Positions 40,531 to 51,209 of a stretch of 64,000 bases of DNA are shown in pieces. This DNA comes from Prorocentrum cordatum (lineage: Eukaryota): contig CAUYUJ010000214.1 of NCBI GenBank assembly GCA_963575745.1, positions 310,001 to 374,000 on the forward strand, read 5' to 3'. Made by a program: the position numbers and the translations under genes. Position 1 is the stretch's first letter. Each line of letters starts with the position of its first letter. The notes under the pieces were generated by a model. That model did no database searches and was not told the DNA's origin. It saw only the letters and a program-made list of their open reading frames with translations.

Positions 40531-43500
40531 ATGGCTCCGAAGCGCAAGAAGGGTGCTGGCAGCGCTGCAGGATATATGGGGTTCGAGTTCAAACTTAGAG
40601 AGCTCATGATCAAAAGATTTTGTAGGCGGGGTAGATTACGGTGTGGGTGAGTAGATCGGCAGAGATGAGTCTGGCGGCAGCGCTTCCCTTCCCGGGCGAG
40701 CCCGAGCCCGACGCGAAGAAGGCCCCCAAGGCCGTGCAGAAGTTGCGCAAGCAGCTCGAGGAGCAGGGCAAGGACTACACCAAGATGACGGCTGAGGACG
40801 TGGAGAAGCTTCCTCACGGCTCCATGGGGCGACATCTGCTCAGAGCAGCGTGGGCCCCATCCCCCCCTCACCTCAGCCACGTCAGCTTGCTCTCGATCAC
40901 TCAGAGCTCATCGATCGCTGGCTCCTCCATTGCTCCATCCCCCCCCTCCCCTCCCTCGAGATGCTGAGATCGCTTCGTTGGATATTGGGCAGCTTTACGT
41001 TCTGATTTGCTCAGAGCAGCGTGAGCCCCATCCCCCTTTACCTCAGCCACGTCAGTTTGCTCTCGAGCCCGTCTGCACTCAGAGCTCATCGATAGTTGGC
41101 GCCCCCATTGCTCCATCCTCGCCTCCTCCCTCTCTCTTGATGCTGAGATCGCCTCGTTGGATGTGAGGCAGCTTCTCATTCGCATTTGCTCAGAGCCTCG
41201 TGGGGCCCATGCCCCCTCCCCCACCTCAACCACGTCAGCTTGCTCTCGAGCCCGTCTGCAGTCAGAGCTCATCGATCGTTGGCTTCCCCATTGCTCCACC
41301 CCCCCTCCCCTCCCTCGTGATGCTGTGATCGCTTCGTTGGATAGTTGGCAGCTTCGCATTCGTAGTTCAGGAGTCTCTCAAGAAAACAAGACGTTTGCCG
41401 CCCGCTCCCCAGCGCAACGGCAGCAGTTGTACATGGCCCTCTCGTACTCGCTCAAAAAAGGTGCTGGCGGCGCAGATGGCAAAACATACGGAGATCCCAA
41501 CATGAAGGACAACGATCGGAGGGCCTGGCTGGCCAGGTTCATCATCGACCCGACCAGCGGAGGGTGCATGGGCACCACGGCCACGACGGTGCATATTTCC
41601 CAGCTTGCTTCCAGGGAAGTGTCATGGCAATTGTATGGTGGAAGCAAGGGGTGGAGTGGGCGAGTGACGGGACGTGAATTGGTAGTGTTAACGGCAGGGA
41701 GGTGGGCCTGCTCTAATCTCGACGCTGCAGGTGCACAACAAGGACGAGACAGAGGACACCATCGAGTGGTTGACGCGCTCGCAGCTCGGCGGGCCCATGT
41801 ACCTGAACGACATGGAGCATGCGGACCTGCTCATCGAGTCGAACTCGCTGGAGTCGCAGCCGTCCCAGTACGCTGCGCTGGCGAAGAAGGGCATCAAGGA
41901 GTACAAGTGGAGCAAAGCCATCGAGCGCAAGGCGGCAGCCTTTTGCGAGGCGTTTTTTTTGAGGGGGGGGGGGGGCACGGGCGAGTGGAGGAGGGTGGGG
42001 ATGTGAATAGACGTGCTCCCGCTCCTAGCACGTTTCTCTGTCGCAGGTGAGACTGGCACATTCCATGGCTTCGCGTGGTGGCTCTAACATGCCATTGCGG
42101 GGGAAGGGGGATGGGGAGGATGAGGGCGAGGACGGCTCATGATTAGGAGGATGAGGGCGAGACCTGATCATGATGAGGACGAATGGGAAGTTGAAAGACC
42201 GAATGGAGTGATGCTGACCCGTTTCTTGGCATCTCCAGCCCGCCCCCCCCCTTCTCGACATGCAGGGCGCTTCGAGACACCAAACGAGCGGCAACCCAGC
42301 TGCGCGGCCTGGGCGAATCGAGCACAGTCGAGACCAAGGCGGAGATGACTGCCGACCAATACTCGGAGGTGAAGAAGGCACCTCCACGGGATGGGGGCGA
42401 GGGCGAGTGATGCAGCTTCAGGGCGAGGGTGAGATTGAGGGTGCGGCAACTGCAACTCGTTTACTTGTTTGGATGTGGGTACGGTTGACCGCGCAACAGC
42501 CACAGATGCAGCTCAGTCGATTCGATGGGGGGGGTGCGGCAAAGGAAGGCGCACAGTCGCGCGCCAGGCAATGGAGCAGAAGCGGCTGGGCTCCAACACC
42601 GCCGTCACGTGCGACGCCCCGAAGTCCAAGCGTGCCAAGGGCAGCAAGGCCATCGCTGAGACCCCTGACGATGAGACCGACGCTGAGAGGCCCAAGCGCG
42701 AGCAGAGAGAGCGTGTGAAAGCCAAGGACGGGTTGTGCCACGTTTTAGTGTCTGTGTTGCATGCTCTCTCGGGCTTGCATACTCCAGCCCACCCTCGCAT
42801 ACACATCATCCCCTCATGCTTCTAGAAACTTGATGTACACCAGTGCCCTAAACCAGCTCGTCCTGTATCCCAGCGTGCGTGGTCCACTCGCCCGTTGCCT
42901 TCCAGCTGCCGCCAGGACAAAGTGTTGTCGGAGCTCCAGGGTTACTGCAACAGCATCGTGACTGAGCTGGACCAGGCTACCACCAATCCTTGTTTTACAA
43001 TGTCGGGTTGGTTTCGTCATGCGCCGACTGGTCGTCCTAGGCGCCCTGCCTGGGTATGAGCTTTGCACGGTGCGCAGTGCATGGTCGTTGCAAGGGTGCA
43101 TGTGCGTCGCAACGCCGATCCATCTAATATGGAGTTGGGTTCGTATTGGCGAGTGGTTTCTGATGGTCTGTTTCGTTCGTGCGCCGTTGTTTGTGTAAAG
43201 TTCGCATGTGGATGCAATGTGTTGGTCGCCCCGCACCGCGTCAGGCCGATGAGGTGTATCGCGGCCTCCGCGGGAAGAACTACCCCGAAGCCTTGGTCGA
43301 CCATCTGAAGAAGCAGGTCGCAATCCAGACTCAGAACTTGGATTGCATGAAGAAGGGCATGTGGGCGTGGAAGCGCGAGAGCAAGGCTTGGACGCAGGCC
43401 GAGGTAGATCTGTGCAAGAAGGCGATCGCCGAGTTCAAGTCCGCGTTCCAGAAGGGCGACGGGATTGACGGCAACAACGGCTGGGATTGGCTCCATTTTG

Positions 43501-44426
43501 TCGCCTCCTATCGATGCAGCCCCGTTCTCTCTCTGTGTATCTCTATCTCTATCTCTCTCTCTCTCGATCTCTCGCTCACTCGGCCGCCCCTCTGTGCCCC
43601 TACCCATCTCCCAAAAGCCCAACCACTATGCAAACGAGATCTGGCGTCAATGGTGTTCTGTTACTGCGGCCATGCATCAATCATCCATCTCCCTCGCTAC
43701 CACCGCCCATCCCTCTCCCCTCCTCCCCGCGTCAGCCCATGCGCCCTCGCTCACTCGTCTTGTCCCTGTATTCCTGCATTGGAAATGCACCACCACGAAG
43801 TATGTAAGACTTGTATGCCTCCTCGGTTAACGCTGTTTCGCATTTCGCACCTGTTACCGCTACGTCCCTGCATAGCCCGTTTGCCAACCTGCCCCAAATA
43901 ATAAGGTTGCTATTGAAATGGCATGCCCAACGCGACTGGGCGACCCCCCCACCCCAACAATGTTGGGCATGCCATTTCTGTGGCGGGTCCGAACCCCATG
44001 CGTGCCGCGTCGGGAAGTTAGGCGACCCCCCCCCAGTTGGCGCTGAAACTAAAGATCCCTCACCTTCTGGAGTGCCAAGGGGCATGCGCTCGTTCGGGTC
44101 TCGTTGGCGCCGACGGTATGTGGCCTCAAGCCACAACAGGGTTGCGCACGCTGATATCACTGAACGCTCAATCTCGAGACACAGACGCTGGCGCTGCCTC
44201 TGTGCGCAACCCGCTAACTCGCTGAATCGATCGAGTGGTCCTCTCACCCTACCCCCACCCCCCGCTATCTGAACGTCATGTCACCCAAGTTTCGACTCCC
44301 CTCTTGATGCCCGCCACCGTTTGCTGACCTCTCGCGCCACGCCGCCCCGACCGTAGGTTCATCAAGAACTCGTGGAATGACATCAAGAAGATGGCGCTCA
44401 AGAGCTCCAATGTCGAGGACGTGTGA
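40531..44426 (+). CDS. Transposon gene C: multi-exon unknown protein starting MAPKRKK
   Basis: Exons 40531-40570, 40663-40818, 41413-41588, 41731-41931, 42047-42077, 42328-42377, 42568-~42726, one or two small unresolved exons at ~42825-42940, ~43245-43490 and 44357-44426. Reads ...RRAWLARFIIDP...EWLTRSQLGGPMYLNDMEHADLL...ALAKKGIKEYKW...VETKAEMTADQYSEVKKAME...GKNYPEALVDHL...WFIKNSWNDIKKM..*. Confidence 0.75.
40836..41362. repeat. Three ~175-bp tandem units filling intron 2 of gene C
   Basis: tgctcagagc...ccacgtcag.ttgctctcga...tcagagctcatcgat...gatgctg.gatcgc.tcgttggat occurs three times. Confidence 0.85.
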
Positions 44427-45090
44427 TCTCAGTTTCGGCTGAGGGTGGCCCGACGAGGGCAAGGGGGGGTTCTGGAGATGCATGGGTTTCCACGACCCGA
44501 GTTGCAGGAATACTGTGTGGGCGAAGCTTCGGGGACGAAACTGATGTGATTACCCAAATGGGTAATCACATCAACCTCGCCCCCGCAACTTAAGCTGTCG
44601 CCGCCCTGTCACACCCGTCCCCCCAGCTATGTGGGCTGTTCCTGTGCTCATATTTAAATATGAGCACACCAGCTTCGGAATCCCCCAAAGCAATTGCTTT
44701 GGGAGATTCCGAAGCAGGGTGATTTCTTACACGCTTTCTGACGTCATGTTAACATTGTTCTTCTGACAGCTGGGTGCTGGCAATTCCCTCTAGAGGGAAT
44801 TGTCAACAACTTCCAGCTGTTTCGGCATCGCCAAGGTGGAAGATGCCGAAACAGTGAGATGTGTTAGAGCTTTCTGGCGCCAGGGTCGTCGTTCGGACTG
44901 TCGGGCGCTCACGCCTCCGCCCTAGGAGACGCCGTAACCCACGCTCGGCTAGATGCTGTACGCAGGCACGTGGGCGACTCGCCTGCGCGGTGTGGCGCGA
45001 AAATGCCAGCGAGCTTCTGTGTATATAGATTTCTCGTGATCTCAGGCTGCACGCGTTCGTTGCGCGAGCCGTTTTAGCATCAGAGTTCTG

Positions 45091-46017
45091 ATGGGTCTAC
45101 GGCGCAGCCTGCACGCCCGCCTGGGGATTTCTAGCGATGTGCGGAAGAAGCAGAAGCCGAATCGGTCACCCTGATACAATGTTAATTCACATTCCCCGCC
45201 CCCTCTGGGCCCACACCCTACCCCCGACGCTACATCGTCCTACCCTCATCCCGACTCTCCGTAGGTCCAGCGGGGAAAAGTGGACAATCGGCATGTACAC
45301 TCGGGGTCGAATATCTGCGATTTCTGCACTAGCTGGAGAGCGGGCGCACGCAGCTGATTCTGACAGAATCGGCGGGGGACTAGCAAAGCTGGCGACTGCT
45401 GGACGGAATCCCAAAAACGCGTCAAGGTCAGTGGGCGTATGAACTTAAGCCATGTGGTGTTATAACTGCTTGGAGCAGTTAAAACGCCACATGGCTTAAG
45501 TATTGCTTTCGTTGTGTCCCTCAGGGATCTGGCATCTACGCTCGGGCGTGGTTCTCTATTACCCCCGCTCTACCAAGCCGAGGCTGTATTTTGGAACAGC
45601 GATACGGGAGAACAGACGAGGGGGATGCTGTCGTTCCTGCTGCCCCACGAAGTTTTAGAGAACACGGTCCCCGAAGGCAAGGAGGTTGAGTACTGCCACG
45701 ACCCAGCGCAGCCAGCTTTGCACCAGACATTAGCACATGCGCTGGCGCGCCTGGGAGTTTCCAGCGACGAGGGTGCACCTATTGGCAGTATTGGAGTTTG
45801 GGGTGACTCGGCGCCACACTTGAGCAACATGAGGGATTCGATCTTCCTGTTCGTCTGGAACTTGCTGACAGGCCCAGATAAAAAAACGCTGGTGGATTTG
45901 CGCATTCCCAAAGTCCAAGGTCTGCCAATGTGGGTGCCACGGCCGTCACACGTTCAAGGCTGCCTGAGTTCCCTTCTGAGGCGGGATGGAGGGGGGCGAG
46001 CACCGTCCCACACGTAC

Positions 46018-46055
<38 letters not shown>

Positions 46056-47752
46056 TGACAGACAGACAGACAGACCGACAAACCGACAGACAGACAGACA
46101 AACACGCACACACATACACTCGAAACATACTGCTTATATATACGTACCAGGTAGAGTGTGAGAGAGAGGTATAGAGAGAGACAGAGACAGAGAGACACTG
46201 ACTTGGGAGGGGGGGTTCAAGGATGCAGGGAGAGCTCATCCACCAGCTGGCGCTTGATTTTAAGTGCTTGCCTCCTAGGTGGTGTGGGATGTACTGGAGT
46301 GGAGCGCCAGACACTGGCTAGCTGGCAGTATGCCTTCGCGCCGCCACGACGGCGTCCCGTTCAATGATTCGGTGTATTATTCGGACAGGACGTGGAGAGC
46401 TAAACGGAGCAACGCACCATTTCGAATCCGTGGATTCGTATGTCAGGCACGAGGGGACTGGGCGTGGCTGAAGCAAGGACTCGGCCTATGCGGGTGGAAC
46501 AAAGGAGACAGACCCGACACACGGGTATGTTTCAAATGCTTGGCATGCGTCGGCAACTACCGTGACTTGCTGTATTCTCTCTTGCCCCACGTCCACTCCT
46601 CACCCTCTGCTCCCACATGTTCCCCTTCTCTCACGTCCCACTCCTCGCACCTTCAGTTTAACACATGTTTCCCTCCTCTCGCGTCCCACTCCTCGCACCT
46701 TCAGTTTAAGAATGCCGTTGTATAGCCAGGTGACATATCACCGACAGCTGCTTGGAGAGGCACGCTGCAATCGCACGAGCAGTTTCTCAATGATACGTTG
46801 CGCAACCAGCGACACCTCGCTGGGCTGTTTCGGCTACCAGGGTTTGACATATCGATGGTGGTTGCCGACCTTATGCATTGCTCATGCCTGGGCATTGCCC
46901 AGTACGTTCTCGGAAACATCATGTGGGAGCTTTTCACACACATGGGCGGGACATTCGACAGGCACGTCGTCGTATGTGGTCGTTTATGCGGATTGGTCAA
47001 AATGGCGGCCAAGCAACATCACATTCAAGCTCCGTTCGGACACTTATCGATAGGAATGATCAGGGCATCGCGTTCAGCACCACCGAAGCTCAAGCTCAAG
47101 GCTTCACGGGTGGACCAACTCGTTCTCCCCACAAAACAAACTAAACATACATGCAGGCAGGGTTGGTTAATCTCAGCTCTTTATGTGATGAGCTCATCAT
47201 GTAATGAGCTGAGATTAACTAAATTATAGTTTCGTTCTCCCCCCCAGTCCTGGTTCATTCCCAGTTCCTCCTGCACTCTCCCATGTGGTGTTTCCCAGAA
47301 CGCTCTAGGCCGCAGAGGGCAGAAGAATGCTCGAAGTCATGCCGTACTTGCTTACTGACTATTTCCCGATGGCGACAGATCGAGACACCATGAGATATGA
47401 CATGGTCACTGCTCTGTGCCGCGTCTACGAGTCCCTGAAAAACTATGACCCTGCCCAATCCCACGTAGAAATCAGTAGGGCTGCCCACCAACATCTCGCT
47501 CTTTACAGGGCGTTTCACAGGATTTCCCTAATCCATGTGTGCCCGTATGGAACGTTTTACAGATGGTACCCCAAACACCATTTGTTTCTCCACTGCTGCA
47601 CTGACCAGCAAAACCTGTTTGGTTCGGCCTCTTCGTACTGGGCCTACGCAGACGAGTCAGAGATAGGACAGTGCAGTGACATGGCAGAGTTTTGCAAGCC
47701 TGTCGCCATCACCACTTCTCTGCTCGAGAAGTATAGGGGGTCGCATTTTTAA
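45091..47752 (+). CDS. CACTA/EnSpm (CMC)-like DDE transposase, 6 exons, about 588 aa, with one +1 frameshift in an A7 run (45880-45886)
   Basis: Exons 45091-45164, 45265-45426, 45525-45958, 46279-46561, 46730-47100 and 47309-47752 (1768 nt = 3n+1). Motifs in order: NASRDL, LLPHE, GVWGDSAP (D1), CQCGCHG, RGDWAW (D2), CFKC, DLMHCSCLG, LKLKAAE, PKHHLFLH, WAYADESEIG (E). Confidence 0.8.
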
Positions 47753-48166
47753 GAGTGCGAGTTTGAACGAGGACGGGGCGGGCCTTGGCAGAAATTTGCA
47801 GCGCGATGCGGCTCCCTCTCGAACGTCCCGTTTCATTATCCACTTATGCCGTTCTCTACCTCCCTCTCTTCTTCTTCTTCCTCCTCCTCCTCCTCCTCCT
47901 CCCCTCCTCCCCCTCCTCCTCCTCCTCCTCCTCCTCCTCCTCCTCCTCCTCCTCCTCCTCCTCGGCTTCCTCCTCCTCCTCCTCCTCCTCCTCCTCCCTT
48001 CCATCCTCCTCCTTTGCATCTCTCCTCCCTCCTTCCCTCTCTCTGCCTCTCTTGCCCTTCCCTCCCTCCCTAAGAAGGGGTTCGGAAGAGCACTCAGGAT
48101 GTGTGGTAGTGCGCACGCGATGTTAACACATATCTCCAGCTCGATTGCCAATCGATTCATACATAT

Positions 48167-48312
48167 CGAAGGGGCCCTGGGACACACAAATAAATATACA
48201 CAACAATATTTCCCATCTTTCCATATTATGTTCTGGGTTTGTGTCGTCCCCCCACCTCCCATATTTTGCTATATTTTCTTTGGGATCGACGATTATTGGT
48301 GTTTGTGTATTT
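48167..48312 (-). repeat. ~150-bp dispersed repeat; opposite-orientation copies at ~52315-52479 and ~61463-61599
   Basis: Shared atcgtcgat..cc, acccagaa and tttgtgtgtc.cagggccccttc blocks. Confidence 0.7.
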
Positions 48313-48321
48313 GTGTCCCTC

Positions 48322-48356
<35 letters not shown>

Positions 48357-48671
48357 GGTTTATATACGAATTACCATATATGGTAAATCTACGGTACTCT
48401 TAAACATGAGGGTATTAGATATTAATGTTAAACACAATTTTTAATACATTTGTTCTTACGTCAGGTTTTTTTTAACATTTGCTTTGCTGTTGCACGGAAT
48501 GGAAAATATCCAAAAATATGAAGAATAATGCGTGCTTAGTTTTTTTATTCAAAGATTTTTGGATTATTTTGCGCATCATGCTCGAACGCGCGATTCCGAA
48601 TAAATTTAGAAGAATGTGGGAAAAAGTAGACTTTGTACCAAAAGTTTTGGAGAATGGAAGGTCGGGGGAGC

Positions 48672-48722
<51 letters not shown>

Positions 48723-48939
48723 GAGAAAGAGAGAGAGAGAGATAGAGAGAGAGAGAAGAGAAGAGAAGAGAAGAGAGAGAGCGAGAGTGAGAGAGAGAGA
48801 GGAGAGAGCAGAGAGAGAATAGAGAGAAGAGGGAGAGGGGAGAGAGAGAGAGAGAGAGAGGCAGATATAGAGGCAGAGAGAGAGAGGCACAGAGAGAGAG
48901 GCAGAGAGAGAGAGGCAGAGAGAGCAGAGAGAGCAGAGA

Positions 48940-49039
48940 NNNNNNNNNNNNNNNNNNNNNNNNNNNNNNNNNNNNNNNNNNNNNNNNNNNNNNNNNNNNN
49001 NNNNNNNNNNNNNNNNNNNNNNNNNNNNNNNNNNNNNNN
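48940..49039. other. Assembly gap (100 N) between (GA)n and (CCT)n tracts
   Basis: Run of N. Confidence 1.
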
Positions 49040-49423
49040 TCCTCCTCCTTCTCCTCCTCCTCCTCCTCCTCCTCCTCCGCCTCCTCCTCCTCCTCCTCGT
49101 CAGGTGCGCAGTTCCATGTTTGAGAGCGGCTCGAGGCCTGCGCCCTCGGCGCGCCAGGCCGCGAGGAGGCCGTCGGCCCGCGGCGCGAGGGCTCCTGGCG
49201 CTCTCCGCGCCAGCTCTGCCACCGCCCTCGGGGCCGCGGAGGCCCAGGCCCAGGCCAGGCCGGAGGAGGAGGAGGAGGAGGAGGAGGAGGAGGAGGAGGA
49301 GGAGGAGGAGGCGTGAGGGCTCTGGCGCTCTCCGCGCCAACTCTGCCACCGCCCTCGGGGCCGCGGAGGCCCAGGCCAGGCCGGGGGGTTCGCCGTGCCG
49401 ATCGGGGGGCGACTAGACGCAAG

Positions 49424-49608
49424 CCCAGACATGATCGCGTCGTAACAAAATTCAGGACGGAGGCTTTTCATGATTTTCGGCCTCTAGAGGCCCTCGCCGG
49501 GCCTCGGGACCGTCAAAAAACGACTCAGGATGACAAACCGACCCCAGGGAAAGGGTCTGGACTTCCGGGGACGCCGTCCTGAAAAAATCAGGACGTCGCA
49601 TGTCTGGG
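49424..49608. mobile_element. 185-bp non-autonomous element with CCCAGAC ends and an AG 2-bp TSD
   Basis: ag|cccagacatg...catgtctggg|ag, plus inner inverted ttcaggacgg / ccgtcctgaa. Confidence 0.8.
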
Positions 49609-49914
49609 AGAGTGACTTTTCGCTGGAGTGACCTTTGGTGCGGGCACAGATGGGCCCCCAGGCGGCCGAACGCGGAGCTGCAGCAGCGGCAGGCGCGCCC
49701 GGATTTGGCCTCCCTGGGGGCCCCCAAAAGCCGCGCACCAAAGGTCACTCTTGCCCAGGGTCACTCTTGCGTGTAGCCGAGGGGGGCGCGCGGGGCGCCC
49801 AGTGTCGAGTCGGGCCTGTCCCTCTGCAGGACAGCACTTCGGCGGTGGCGGACGGCTCTCGCATGGGGAAGGTCGGTGCGATGAGCGACCGCGCCGTGGA
49901 GGGGCTGGTGTTGA

Positions 49915-50067
49915 GTCGGGCCTGTCCCTCTACAGGGGGAATATTCAAAAATAGTTTAAGAAATAAGATGGGGACTATTGTTTTACTATGTTTGAGCATT
50001 GTTGGATCATTTTGGGGGTATGTTTTATTTTTCGTCCAAGATCCCCCTGCAGGGGGACAGGCCCGAC
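49915..50067. mobile_element. 153-bp MITE, family 1, copy 2
   Basis: ttga|gtcgggcctgtccctctacaggggga...tccccctgcagggggacaggcccgac|ttga. Confidence 0.85.
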
Positions 50068-50748
50068 TTGAGGCTGATGCGATTTGTTTCGGCCATGAAG
50101 CTGGAGTCGGTTCCTCGGCAATGTGTGATGGCGCTTTTGCCCCTGGTCTTAATTATGACGTTCCAACCTACTTTAGCCTTGATCACCAGACAGAATTTCG
50201 AGCGCCCGAGAAACACCCCAAAACTCGAGGGTTTTCACGTGCCGGGCCCTGGGAGGCACTGTTCCTACACTGTCTCGACACCCTTTCGACACCCTTCTGG
50301 GTGCTCGAAATTATTTCTGGGATGTGGCCCTTAAGTACGATGGGAGCAACATGCAGTCGGCCTGGAGCAGTACGGCGACCCTGCCAGCTCAAGGGTAACC
50401 CTTGTGCCCTGTGTGCCTCGAGACGCGTGCTCTCTTGCACTCCTGTGGCGATGTGGCCCTCGGAAAGGGTCCTGTGCCCTCTCGCGTGTCCCGTCCAATC
50501 GAGGCCGCCTGTAACCCTGGTCCCCGACGCCTCCTCGGGGCCCAGGCCCGCCGGCACCCTCGGCGCGCCCCGTCGGGCCCGCGGCCGCGTCCGCCGCCCT
50601 CTGCGCCGGCAGCGGGGCCGGGCCCCGGCCTCGGGGGCACTCTGCCGCGGGCCCCTCCGAGGGGCGTCCAGGGCGCGGCGCGGCGCCAGCCCCTTCGAGC
50701 CGAGCCCGGCGCGAACGGCGAGGGGGGGGCAGCTCGGGGCCTAAGATA

Positions 50749-50943
50749 GGGGAACAAGAAGCGATATCGACATAAAATCGCGGAGGTCCGCGCGGATTTC
50801 TCGGATCGGCGCTGGACCCTCCTCCCTGGCGCGCGGAGCGCGCCAGGGGCGGCGCCGGAGGCGCCGCCAGGGGGCCCCAGCGCCGATCCGAGAAATCCGC
50901 GCGGACCTCCGAGTTTTTATGTTTATGTCACTTTCTGTTCCCC
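50749..50943. mobile_element. 195-bp MITE with ~65-bp TIRs and a TA TSD
   Basis: ta|ggggaaca...cggaggtccgcgcggatttctcggatcggcgctgg mirrored by ccagcgccgatccgagaaatccgcgcggacctccg...tgttcccc|ta. Confidence 0.85.
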
Positions 50944-51209
50944 TATAAGAGACGGCGGTCAGTGCAAACGGATCCTGCAGGATCCTGCGAAGACCCCCTC
51001 TGGCCGACCCGGGTCCACGAGCCGCTCGTGGCCGCGAGGCGGCCGCGCATGGTGGCTGACCCAGGTTTGCGAAGACCTGCGCTGCAGTGTTTGGTTCCTG
51101 CATTGCAGATTTTTGGTTTCCTGCTGACCCCTGTTCTGGATTGACCCGGGTCGGAAGAGATCCCCGAGCAGCGTCGGCCCTCCTCGATTGGCTCAAGCAC
51201 GATTAGACG

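Larger units (their letters stand above)
31969..48667 (+). mobile_element. Candidate ~16.7-kb multi-gene CACTA/EnSpm (CMC)-like DNA transposon
   Basis: Left end cccagaccttcgcttcttcataaaattttgg versus reverse-complemented right end ccccgaccttccattctccaaaacttttgg (about 25/31 identical). AT-rich subterminal regions; encloses a DDE transposase and three co-oriented genes. No matching TSD (aa versus ga). Confidence 0.65.
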
